From Kondoa subrosea (taxonomy: Eukaryota): DNA of 64,000 bases. Under the pieces are notes generated by a model. The model was not told where the DNA came from. It was given only the letters and a program-made list of their open reading frames with translations, and searched no databases. The stretch is from positions 124,001-188,000 of the forward strand of contig BCIN01000002.1 in NCBI GenBank assembly GCA_039545335.1, given 5' to 3'. Below, in pieces: positions 24,489-36,632 of this stretch. The position numbers and the translations under genes are program-made. Within the stretch, counting starts at the first letter, position 1; every line of letters starts with the position of its first letter.

Positions 24489-27400
24489 ATGGCTGACGAT
24501 GATACCATCACCTTATCGACCATTCTTGGGGCGGCATGGGGTGGCCAAAGAAGAGCGACTTCGCCCCCCTCGAGTCCCAATGCTGTAAAGAGAGGTCCTG
24601 CAACACGCAACGCTCTGCGCAGTCCACCTCGCTTGAAACTGGAACTACCTGACAAGAGGACCAGCAAAGCTACAGATTGGTCACGTTCTTCATATGCGGA
24701 GGCAAGTCAAGCGAACAAATCTCCTACTAGTCCCACCTCTCAGCCGCCTTCACCCCTTGCTGAACCTGTTCATTCCTTTCAGGGTGGTCCTGTGCACTCT
24801 TTTCATGGACCGCCAGCTTCAGATGGCTTCTTTTATTCTGGCACTACCCAACTTAGGAAACAGTCAATTGCAGAGCACAACACTATCCCTTACTTTCCAT
24901 CTCGCTCTTCTCCTCTTGCTTCGCCAGATTCGCCTAATCGCAATTCTCCCACTGCCAGCTATTTCACAGCCCGAGGCGAAAACGCTACACCACCGCGTAG
25001 TCCAAGAACCCCGCCTAGATCCCCAATGGCTCGTCCGTCGCCTTTACAACGAAACAATAGCGGCAATAGCATAAGACTGCATCGCCGTATGTCTTCGAAA
25101 GATCGCGTGAATTATTTCGATCCCTCAAGTCCTCCTACAATTTTGCCCAGAAAGTCTTCTGTCCAGTACACGGACGAGTCGCCTCGTTTGGAGCCTAGGC
25201 GGTCTTCCTTGTTGCATTCAGAAAACTCACCCCGCCTATCCCAAAGAACCTCTTCTTTGCCGTTTTCAGATAATGCACCCAGAAGTCCGCCTTTACAATT
25301 CACAGAGGAAGAGAGTCTTGCTTCTTCCAGCGATTCGGCTCCTTCATCAAGAAGGCGTCGAAGTAGACCATCTCTCTCTATCCCGCCCAAGCAAGAAAAG
25401 GTGTTGCCATTGACGCCCGAAGAATCAGAAAGTATAGCGCTAGCAGAAGCAAAGGTCAAATTAGCAATGAAACGACAAAGGTCTATCAAAGAGCTTGTTA
25501 CAACGGAATGGACTTATGCTCAAGATTTGGCAATCATACGAGATGTCTACCTAGCTAGAGCAGAAGGGACAAGCATTGAAGTAATCATAGGAAAGATATC
25601 CGCAGCTGGATGGGCCCCGCCTGCAACACCTCATACAGTACATGAAGACTTTCAGCAATACCTTTCTCCAGCCTCATCTGCAACCTCAAATACGTCTGTA
25701 AATAAGCCGCAAATCGTTTCTCTGTCTGCTACTACCTCAAATTCGTCAACAAACGCCTCATCAAAGAGACATCGGTCAACATCTTCCGTTTCATCCAAGA
25801 AATCTGCTCAAGAAGTATTGCCGCACCTATCTCCTTTCTTTGAACTAAAGCAAACCTTCACTTCTCCCATCATGATACGAGAAGCTTCGCAACAATCAAA
25901 TGTCTCTTCAGCATCCACTTCCGTACCTTCTTCTATTCCTGAAACATCTATGTCTGCATCGGATGTTAAAGCCATATTCCTCAACATTACCGAAATCGCT
26001 ACTTTCGCTTCCGCCTTTTCTGGACTTCTAGACGCTGCAGCAACTCCTGACTCAAGTTCAGATAAGATCGGAGAAGCTTTCTTGGAAATGTTGCCCCGGA
26101 TCCAATCGCTTTATCAGATCTATTGCGCGAGACATGGAGCTGCTTTAGTTCGCTTGGAAGAATTGGAGTCTAGTGGGAAATTGGACGACTATACTAGAGA
26201 GATGAGCGAGTTGACTAAAGGGTTGACCCAAAGTTGGAACTTGAATGCTTTGTTGATCAAACCTGTTCAAAGATGTGCGTTGTTCCCATTTTTGGCGCAA
26301 GATTTGAATTTGATTGTTAATGTCGCCTAGGTCTTAAATACCCTCTACTACTAGAAGCCATTCTTTCTTGTACTCCAGAAGACCACCCAGATCGCAAAAC
26401 CCTGCAGGTCGCCCTAACTCGAATGTTGCAAGTTGCTCAAGAAATGAATGAAGCAAAGAAACGCAGCGAATTGATCTCTCGAATTGTCAATATCCCATCC
26501 AACAAGACTCGCAAAGCACCTGCAGCTTCTTCTTCTGCTTCTTCTAAACAAACGACCGAATCTACCGCTCGCCGACCTTTGTTCAGTTCGCGGAGAAGTC
26601 GATCAGCGAGCAATGTGAAACCAGAAGATATGCCCCGTAGAGTCTCAGCTCCTTCAGCCGTTCCACAGGTACCTTCCACCTTCTCGCAAAGTTTAAGCAA
26701 GAAGATAGGTCGATCAAGTCAGAAATTCAAGCAAGCAGCTGGTTTTCGATCTGATGTGCCTTTGGATCCTACTTTACTCAATCAACTCTGTGCTTCTTTT
26801 GAACTTCAATTTGAATCGCTCAAAAGATTTCATGAAGAAGTCTTTTCGTGGAGCGCGAGTTTGGGAACTGTGCTGAAACGACAAAGAAGCTTGACAGCAA
26901 CTTGGGTGGGTGTATATAAACCTCTAGAGGATGAGGTAGAAGTGAGAGGTGGCATGCTGGATGTGTTGCTCATATATGATAAGCTGCTCAAGCATTGTCA
27001 CAACACTATTTGGCAAGATATGGTCAGCCGTTTTCTCTCGCCCTTGTCATTGTATACTGACATCTTCTGCAGTGCACTCAAATTGATCGGCAAATTATAC
27101 CAAACGTGGAGACTCTGCTTGAACAATTCGATAAACCGAAACTGCTCATATATAAGAGATCGCTGAAGCTGTTGGATCATCAAAGAGCTCGCAAAGTCTC
27201 AGCAGAATCCAGCTCTGCCTTCAATGATTATCATTCGCTGTCTCTTGTTCTTACGGACGAACTGCCTATCTTTCTGTCCTCCATCCTTCAGGCATTCGAT
27301 ATCGTGGTAGTAGCTTTGGCGCAACTTCAGTCTGCTACCTTCCGAAAATTCAATGAGGTGTTTGAAGACTTCAAGAAGTCCGCCTTTGTCGATCTGGAGC

Positions 27401-28089
27401 CTGGCAGTTCGACAATAACACATTTCTGGAATCAGTATTCAAGCTTTGCAGATATTCTTGAGGGCTTCACCTCGACATCTCCTAGTAAGCCGGTGCTCTG
27501 TTCTGGAAATTATACCATTGCTCATGCTGCGGTAGATCGGGTCTCCGCTATAACCAATTCACCAGACATTGGCAGGAGAGGGTCAGCATCAACAACCGCT
27601 AGTTCTCTACGAGCCGAACGACCCTCTCGCTCAAGAACATCTTCCACCAATTCTCTACGATCAGCAGCTTCTTCTGCATTGGGTCTATCTCCCGTTTCTC
27701 CTCGCCCTCGGTCCAATACAATTGGCGCTTCTACCGCCAAGAGACAGGCATCAGGCAATATTGATACTAGTAATCGCGATAGCGTGGCTTCCGAAGCCGC
27801 ATCTTTCCAATCTTTCCAGTTCTCAGCGAAAGCTTCAAATTCTTCTTCATCGCCACCAGATGAAGATGGTTTGGAAAAGCTTCCAGTATTATATCAAGCT
27901 GTGTCAATTACGGAAAGCAAAACAGAAGGAGAACGTCAAGGCTATCCATTACTAATTTCGTCGCCTGGGGAGGAACTGGCTATACTATACGAAGAGAAAG
28001 AGACGGAAGAGCAATGGCTCTTTGCACGAGCTCTCACACGAAACAAAGTTGGGTTTATAAGGTCTGCATCAGTAATTACGTTACGATAA
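24489..28089 (+). CDS. RhoGEF (DH) + BAR-like + SH3-like protein (Gef1/DNMBP-like architecture)
   Basis: DH motifs KRQRSIKELVTTEWTYAQDL and LLIKPVQRCLKYPLLL. Helical region LIYKRSLKLLDH...LTDELPIFL. C-terminal SH3-like segment GEELAIL...EQWLFAR...VGFIRSASV. Confidence 0.85.
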
Positions 28090-28166
28090 GGTTGTAAAAA
28101 GGAAAAGGTAATCATGTTTGAAATATACACAGCGCTATTGTACAGTAACGATAGAGATAGGTGAAA

Positions 28167-30983
28167 TTATACACTTATATCCAGCACTGATTTACCACCG
28201 CGAAGGTCGCTAGCGCTGGGCATCTTACCTCTGATGTCGAAAACTCGAAAATCAGTAATCGCTCGTTCGTCCATTAAGATGCTTACGCTCGCATCAATTC
28301 CGAGACTTGAGTCACTACCGGATCATAGCCCATGCTAGCAGCAGCTAGGACTTGTTCGCCCTCTGCAAAACCGTATATTGTTAGCATACGATGGACCTTA
28401 GGTGCAAAAGCTCACTTGTGTAGAAGGCTGCAAACTTGAGGTCTTCTAGTGACCCTTGAATGATAACATCGTCACTAAAAAGTGTTAGCAGAAGATTAGT
28501 GCATCAATGGTGGAACGCTTACTAGTCGGTTGCATGTCCAGCATATCTTTGTAAGGTTAAATAAACATCAGGTCCATTAGACTAGACAGCCTGCGAAAAA
28601 CTGACCTCAATTGAGAGCCCTGGATATTCCCATATTAGCATAAAACGACATCAGAGGGAGAAAAATACCATTGCAGACCAGAAGTAAGGTACTGAAGGCA
28701 CGCAACGGAGCATCAGCACCAGCGGCGAAGGCAAACATGTATCGCACTAACCTTTAGTATACTCTGTAGGATGTCCGGCAATGTGATTGGCTGCAGCTCG
28801 TCCAACTATAAGATAAGAAACCGCGTCAGGTCTGAATGCATTTGAAGCGCCTATGCTGGACTCACGATTTTGGGCAACTAAAGAATCACAAGGCATCAGT
28901 TTTGAAAAAGTATGCCAAAGGAAAAAGCGAAGTACCATTCCAGTGCTCGACTGAATCAAGTATCAGCAATTGATAGCCAAAAAATCTTGTCGAGCACTTA
29001 CTTCGTCCGGAAGTTTCGGTTCCTGGGTGAATGAAGCGAGCAATCTACGGTCTCGCTTCAGACGTAGCCCATTACTGGCGGCAGACAATCGAACTCACAT
29101 CACCAACAGCATAGATGTCTTTCTCGTTTTTCACCAATGTATCCTGACCAACGTCAATGCCTCCATCTTTCTGAACATCAAAGGAGTCTTTCAAGAACGC
29201 GGTAGCTGGCTTGACACCAACAGCACAGATCAAGACCTAGCGCAATAGTCAGCTACGAAATGCATGCTAGACTCATGGCGAACATCAGCTTGAATAGTTG
29301 AGCCGTTCTCGAGATCAACAGAACCAACGCGAGACGGATCTTTCTCTATACAGGTGGACATGTGAGTCGATTATATTTGTTATTGAGGCTGGACTTACCA
29401 GAAGGATTGATTTTCTTGACTGAACCTTCGCCAATGACGAATTTGATGCCTTTGTCCGTGTAAGACTTCACTAGACGCTGCGCTACCTTTTCTCCAAGAA
29501 CAGGCTTGACAGCTATGCGCGAAGATATCATAGATCAGCCAAGGCTGAATCCTGATCTATCTCCACGTACGATAGGCGGGTTCAATGATAGTAACAGCTG
29601 CTACTTTGCCAACTAATCCGTTAGCAGCTTCCATACCAATGAAAGATCCGCCAACTGATAACGACAAGGCATAAGAATGAAAGCAAGTCACTCAGTCTCT
29701 TAGCTTACTAATGACTAGATGCTTGCTCTTGTCATCGCCGATATCTGTGTTAATATAAGATGGGACACGACCCGATCTTTGTGGACGAACCTTTGCTAAT
29801 ATTCTGAGCATGTGTAATATCACGAAGCTTGTGAACGCCTTCGAGCTTGAATCTGCCTAGAAGTATGAATATCTTTGATCTGGTAACCAGAAAGAACTAT
29901 ACTGACCCTTCGATAGGTAGATCATTAGGGGAAGCGCCAACTGCTAACACCAGCTTATCGTAGCCCAACTCGGAACCGTCGGCAAGCTTGACAACTTTCT
30001 TCTGCTTGTCGACACCAGAAGCAGTCTTTTGCTGCACTGTGATATTCATCTCTTTCAATTGATCTTCAGAGCGAAGTTCGATCTTCTTTGGATCGGTGAT
30101 GAAAGCTTTGGATAACTTGGTTCGGTCGAGTGGAAGATTGTTCTCTTTGGTAAGGATAGTGACTGATCCTTCATAGCCAGCCTGTCCGAAGAAGATTACT
30201 GATGAGTCTCAGACAGACACATTCAGATCTTGACAGACTTGACGTAATCCTTCTGCGCAAGCCAATCCGGCGGCTGAGACTTCTATCAGCTACTTTCAGT
30301 GACATGATATAACTCAAACTGACCACCACCACCAACAATAACGACTCCCTTATCAGCATCTTTCTTTCCTTTAGTCTTGATAGGCTGTCTCACGCCTTTC
30401 TTCAACTCATCAACTGAAGCTTCAACATAGATCGCATCGTCTTCCACGCTGACTTTGTACTTGGTCAACGAATCTAAAGCTGGGGCACTACGGCGAATCA
30501 AGAAGCAAAGGTATTAGCAAACAGAGTAATCTTATTGCTGAGGGAATTCTCGGCATACTCTTCGATATCGCCTGTGTTGGCATTGAAGCAAGCTCCCTGA
30601 AGCTGAAATCAGTGCATGCCTATCGCGAGTCAGAGAAAAGGACTTGCATGCCATGGACAAGTGACTGTGAGGGTTTGCATTAGCTTCGGACAGAACTTGA
30701 CGTAGACAATTGCTCCTTACGTCTTCCGTCTGAAGTCAAAACACCCTTGACCAAAGGAGCGCCGTAATGAGTGCCTGCCGTCAGAAGGTAAGACACCCTC
30801 GACCAAAGGAGCGCTGGAATGAGTACATTTTGGAGCTAAAGCGCTCAATTGTCCATTGGTTTTCAACAACAAAACTTTATGATCGCCAACATCGACTTCC
30901 TCCTTGAAGCCATCTTTTATGGATGAGGCAGTATGGGAAGCGATCTTGTATTTCTGTGAAGTAGAAGAAGAGGTAGTCGCCAT
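28167..30983 (-). CDS. Rieske + FAD/NAD(P) oxidoreductase (AIF3/Nfrl-like apoptosis-inducing-factor homolog), highly multi-exonic
   Basis: Spliced Rieske [67 protein letters not shown]. Confidence 0.92.
30723..30826 (-). repeat. 52-nt imperfect tandem duplication; the upstream copy (30775-30826) functions as a GT-AG intron
   Basis: gtactcattccagcgctcctttggtcgagggtgtcttaccttctgacggcag versus gcactcattacggcgctcctttggtcaagggtgttttgacttcagacggaag: 43/52 identical. Confidence 0.9.
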
Positions 30984-31656
30984 TTTGGCTTGATTCATAA
31001 GGTTTGCCATGGTTCGTGTAGCTGTTACATTTCATTGATCAGTATGTTGATCTTCGATTTAGCAGTTACAAAGGATAAGCGCAGCACAGAAACCCAGACC
31101 GGACAGAGGCATGTATCACAGGACAAGGGAGCGAGTCAGTCCGAATATGACGAACATGAAGATGCAGTTGTTCCCATTTGATGGAGCACAGCATCACCAG
31201 TAGGCCGCATATAGTACTGCAGTGGATGACAGGCGATCCTAGGCAAAAGCAGCCAGAATACAACGCATTCGATCGAGTTTCAATCCAACTTCGCGATGAC
31301 AAATGGACTTGCGAAGCTGGACAGAATCATTGTAGAGCGCTAACGCTTACGTTGTATGTATCTTGCAGCAGGTCGAAACGCGCTGAGCATAAACTGTTGA
31401 TAGTGCAAGGATAAGATGATCGAGCCAATCAGTGACGAAGCATTTGGTGAATTCCTTACATAATCCTGAACTGCTTTACATACATACATACAGCTGTACA
31501 ATTACACGACTTATTCACAGCCTAAGCTCTTACATCCCTTGATACAAACGAATTCGAAGTGAACGTGTTACAAACGTCTGTCCTATTATAGAAACTGAGC
31601 GATGTGGATCAGCGTCTGCATACAGAGCAGAGAAGAGACCGACATAACATCATTCT

Positions 31657-32521
31657 TCAACCTGGAACAGGTTTCTCCTTGAGCAATCTAGTAGGCGTGC
31701 CCGGATCAACGGAAAGAAAAGCAGTGATATCGAATACGTGGGTCTTCTCTTCTTGACATAATTTGGATGCATCCATTTCTTTCAGCAGGATTTCAGCGAG
31801 TGTATCATATTCCTCTTGAGTCCAAAGAAGATTAAATTGTAGCTGTAACCACATCTATTCCCAGGAATTCACAGATGAATATTTCAGTCGAGTGCTTACC
31901 TGAACTAGGAGCTCTACTTCCAGACCTAATAATTCTTCCAATGTTACTCCACCGACTTTAGCTACTCGCTGTTCCAATATCAGACAAATGCAATACCGCT
32001 AATAGGAGAAATAAATTACCGATTGCGGTATCCAGGCATCCGAGATAAACTGTCATATCTACGGGTCAAGCTTATCTCCTACCAGAAGAGCCAACCAAAA
32101 GACTGACCTTGCTAGCAACCAACAATCCACTCAAAACCAATCTATGAATCGTAAATTCGCATACCCTAGGTCGATCATGATGTTTCTTGTTGTTGTTCGG
32201 ACTTGCCAAACTAGCAAAACAACTCTTCCCACCTTCTCCATCTCTTTCATTATTCATAGCTATTCTCCTGATATAAACACAAGACAAGAATAAAGCATCT
32301 CTTCTAGCAGGTAACCATTTTGCTAATCTCGTAAAATAAGCAACCAGATTAGGTAGAGCTTGTAGATCTTTAGCGTGGAAACGTGTCAAAGGACCTTTTT
32401 CTTCTTGCGATGTATGAGCGATAAGGGAAGTGAGTAAAGAAGCTAAGAGTCGAGCAAGATCTTCTGGTGTAGATTGAAAGAGCCTGACGTAAGGATCTGT
32501 TATGTTTGAAGGTTGCTGCAT
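31657..32521 (-). CDS. Pho80/Pcl-family cyclin
   Basis: LVAYFTRLAKW, LSCVYIRRI, FTIHRLVLSGLLVASK|FISD and AKVGGVTLEELLGLEVELL. Confidence 0.85.
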
Positions 32522-32834
32522 ATCGCTAGGAGCTAGCCAAAGGAGTCGCTCGATTTCAGCTTCGTGACAGTACGGCCCTAGTATCAGATGTTGATCCAAA
32601 GCTTGTCCGTGCTTCACCAGACTTGCCTTGTCCAGAGAAAGTGATAGACGTTTCAGAATTAGTGATATTTAGCCGATGGGCGCAAGAAGCCAATGCAGCC
32701 TCAAGTGGCAGCCTAGCGCGGCCACTGTGAGCCCTTTTGTAGCAGACAACAAAATGAAGAAGCTCTTGATTAACACGAATGTCGTGGGAACAGGAAGAGG
32801 AGCACTCTTCGACTCAAACAACCCACTTTGAAAT

Positions 32835-34150
32835 ATGTACGGCAATAATCAAGGCTACAACGGACAGCAACAGTGAGCGATCAAGTCTGAGAACAGATGG
32901 CTCAGGCTCTGATAAAGGGCGTCCGTTCAGATACGGGCAGCAAGCGCCGAACCAATATGGAAATCAGCAATATGGAAACCAGCAATACGGAGCTCCTCCG
33001 CCTCAGCAAGGATATCAGCAGCAAGGATATCAGCAACAGGGTCCTCCAGGAGTCAGTCTGCGCTACAAATGGTGCAGAATTGTGTGTCTTATACTTTACG
33101 TAATCGCACAGGGTTATCAGCAAGGCGGCTATCAATCCCAGGGCGGATATCAGCAGCAGCAAGGAGGTAGAGGTCCCTCTTCTCAGCCAGTATGTCTTCT
33201 TCTGAAGGCTCGTTGTTGTATTCGAATCTTTACACTCGGAAGCAGGTAGACCCAGAAATCGCTCAATGGTTTCAGACGTGAGTGAAGCTCGGATTACCGC
33301 AGTTAGATGCGTTGATTGACTGTGTTGAAAACTCACAGTGTCGACCGAGATGGATCAGGTAAGCTTTGACCTCTAGCCAAGCTCAAGTCGTACTCCGTTC
33401 ATGCTTGAACAGGCGTCATCAATGTGGACGAACTAAGGGCAGCTCTTCGGAACGGTGACTGGAGCGAGTTCGATATCGAGTGCGACGTTTGCTATTATCA
33501 CTGTCGATAAGTTCAACTGAGATGTTGTTGCGCTGCACAGTACTGTCAAACTCTTGATGTCCATGTTCGATACGGATCGTACAGGAAGTATCAACATGCA
33601 AGAATTCGCAGGGGTTTGGAAATGTTCGTTTCTTTCCAAAATACAAGTGATGAGCTGAAAATTGCATGAAGACATCAATCAATGGAAGGGGGTCTTTTCC
33701 CACTTTGATCGCGATCGATCAGGTAGTATCGAGGGAAGGGAATTGGGTGACGCGATGGCAGCTTTTGGTTTCCCTTTAAACCCGCAACTCATAATGCAAC
33801 TACAAAAGAAATATGGTCAGTCCACCTTTCTTTGGAACTAAACAAGGTAAGGAGCTGAATCTGATGAATTAAGTTCAATCAGGTACTACACCTCAACGGA
33901 ATCAAGGTGGTGCCGGTGGTTTCGCTCCTCCTGTTCAAGGAGGAGGAGATGCAGTTACTTTTGATCGATTCATTCAATGCTGTGTTGCAGTCAAAAGCTT
34001 GACTGAAGCTTTCAGGAAAGCAGAGTGAGTTTTTCTCAATCTTTCCGTTCTGAATTTGTTGATAGCGAGAAATTCAATAGCCCTCAAGGAAGAGGAAGTG
34101 CTACTCTTACATACGATCAATTCATGTCTATGATCTTAGCGGCTCCTTAG
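32835..34150 (+). CDS. PEF1: Penta-EF-hand calcium-binding protein (peflin/ALG-2-like)
   Basis: G/Y/Q/P-rich N-terminus; EF hands VDRDGSGVINVDEL, FDTDRTGSINMQEF and FDRDRSGSIEGREL; VTFDRFIQCCV; LTYDQFMSMIL. Confidence 0.9.
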
Positions 34151-34472
34151 AAGATGAGAATGGGTTGCGTTGGCAAGGCATTGAAAATCGTTACATATAC
34201 CTAGTATGAGTTGATCACGCGATTGTTTCGCGCCAATGTTTGAGTAGCTGTACTGCAATTGCTCAGTCACTGGCATCCAGCTATTCTGTGTATCCCGTGT
34301 TTGTTTTCTCGGCAAAATCTTGCCGCGCTGCTTAAAGGAGGCCTGTGCATGCTCTTGTCAGGAAGCCAGCATCTCTCTCACACTTTCAACGTCGTTCGTT
34401 TCACAACAACACTCCCAAGGACTCACGACCTCCTCCTCGGTCTGTATACCTTTATATAACGCAACATAAACA

Positions 34473-35918
34473 ATGCGCTCCTCTTTATTGACCTCGCTTT
34501 GCTTGGTCGCCTACGTTTCTGCATCCTCAAGAGATTTCACTCGACGGCATAAACGTGCTTCGATTAGTCTTGATCTGGATCTCAACTTAGGCAGCAGCGA
34601 CAGCACAAAGTCCAAGTGCGATGTATCTACTTTTCAATTAGACGTACCCGGAGCTGGTGATGGTCAGTGCATATCTCCAGCAACAGCTATTGGACTGTAT
34701 GCTGAGCCTATGACTCAGTGGATCCTGTATCTGGAGAAGTGTTGAATTGGATCGCTTTAGGGTTAGGAGCAGTTCAGTATTTATGCAAGGAAGACAATTC
34801 TTGGTCACCTACTGGTTCTCGTGGTTCGCTTTACGATGCTAGTTGTACTTATAGTCCAACATCACCTACATTCTTGGGCTTGACTACGGAAGTATTGAAA
34901 TTGCTCCCTGGCAAAACACAATCTGTGCGTCTCTTTCGTCTCCTAGTCCATTAGTGGACTTAGGTTGATCTATGATGTACAGATCATTGGTTCAGCTCTT
35001 GCCAAACTCACTGGGCTGACCACCCCTTCACTTGGTACTTTCTACCTGCACGAAGATCAACAGAAGTTTGATTTCCGCAAACGTCGCGGCGGACCTTTAT
35101 CCAACTCTGGTGAAGATGGTTACGTTGTCACCAAATTATCAGCAGAACAAGATGCACCTGTTTCTTCTTACGATATACCATGGGAAAAGATGGTCAATGC
35201 CGGTTCAGGCAATTTGGCGCATTCAGTTTTCAGAGTCTCAACTTCTGGTGGCATGCCCAATGCTTTAACTTGCAAAAAGGGTGAAACTCTATCGGTCCCT
35301 TTTGCAGCTCAGTTTTGGTTCTATTCCGCTACAAAAGGAAACAAAGTCGTCACTGGAGAAGTTTTGAATACGGATGATAAATCTCAACCGAAACATTGCG
35401 ATGTTGATCCACCTAGGAAAGAATTGGAAAGGGAATTGGCAGTTTTAGTCAATGCGGTCATTTATGGTGATTCGAGGGAAGATTGCGGTACTACGGATGA
35501 ATGTTCTTCTAAATGCTTAGCAGATGAGAGTGAGGATTTCCCAATGTTTCATGATGAATTAAGGAAACTGACACGCGAAAATTTGCTAGAATGCGAAGGT
35601 TTCATTCTTTCTACTGAAGATAAGATCGGTCACACTAAAGCTGGCGTAACTTCCAACGAGATGATATACTCTCCGGTCTTCAACAGTGGTGTAGTCAGAG
35701 CTATCAATGGTACTCAATATATCGGTCTGCCTTTCCCTCTTCCAAACTTGTAAACCTTGGCTGATTAGCTACAAAGATCGATTCGGCACGGTTCTTCCTT
35801 GCCCCAATGGTCAGTAGTGTTAATACTGCTGTGTTAAAGCCAGTACTAATAGGTCCTCCCAAAAGGTCAAATCTCGAGCGCTTCTGGTACTGGATGTGTT
35901 GCTCCTATTTGCAAATGA
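34473..35918 (+). CDS. Secreted DUF3455-domain protein with C-terminal Cys-containing extension
   Basis: Signal peptide MRSSLLTSLCLVAYVSA; IALGLGAVQYLC; DIPWEKM; VFRVSTSGGMP..C; VPFAAQFWFY. Confidence 0.75.
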
Positions 35919-36632
35919 TGAGGCTAGTTCGATGATATTCAATTGTGCGTCCACTCTCTCTTTGAGCCTTCAGAAGCTGAAAGCAAGAGTTGGCTCACAG
36001 AGCAATCGGTCTGGTATCGATTGGGCAAGAGGGCGTATAACTTCGTAATTTCATTGCAATGGACATTATATATGATTATATAGCTACCTTATGAAAAGCC
36101 CGTACTGAGCGTTCTCACTGCGGTCAATGATGACTTCATTGAACAAACGCGTCGATCCATCCCGCTTTCACGCGACTCCAACGCGGATCCAACGAATTTC
36201 TTCGGCTTGTTGTGTTTTTTTGCGCCAAGTTACACCGCATATATAGACGACCTGGGCTTCAGATACTACCACCACTCGTTCTCAGTTGACTTTCGTTCTC
36301 GTTTCCTCTCGTTAAGTTTTCACCTTTCCGCTCTTTGGTGAGTTGCCTTTTGGATGGCTTATGCGCCCACTGCTGTACGGATATGAAGCTCATGCTTTGT
36401 GCTTTTCCATTACCTTTCAATCAGTTCGGCTGACTAGTCTATGTAAGTGCGAGCCTTCCAATGCGCTCGGATACATAGACTCATGCTTCTAAATGTCTCC
36501 TTTTTCTCTCTTCGTTTCTGCTCTTCTCCTTGTCAACACACACCAACAGCACTCCACAATTTGGGTCAAAACAACGACCACTTACTGTCTTTTCCAACTT
36601 CAATTCTCTATTAACAACATACAGTATATACA

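Noticed and set aside
23915..24667. 250-aa minus-strand ORF and many other antisense ORFs (e.g. 37212-37679, 50280-50687, 52751-53218)
   Set aside because: Shadow ORFs opposite real genes, with no motifs.
26275..26330. RhoGEF intron translating to CALFPFLAQDL beside exon CLKYPLLLEAI (possible old duplication)
   Set aside because: Only about 12/32 nucleotide identity, which cannot be told apart from chance.
32873..32930. PEF intron resembling the flanking GYNGQ/GYQQ repeats
   Set aside because: Low-complexity context, and the offset does not equal the intron length.
35985..35997. AAGAGTTGGCTC, resembling the telomerase RNA P6.1 hairpin
   Set aside because: Stem and loop are too short, there is no template or pseudoknot nearby, and it lies in a 3' UTR/intergenic region.
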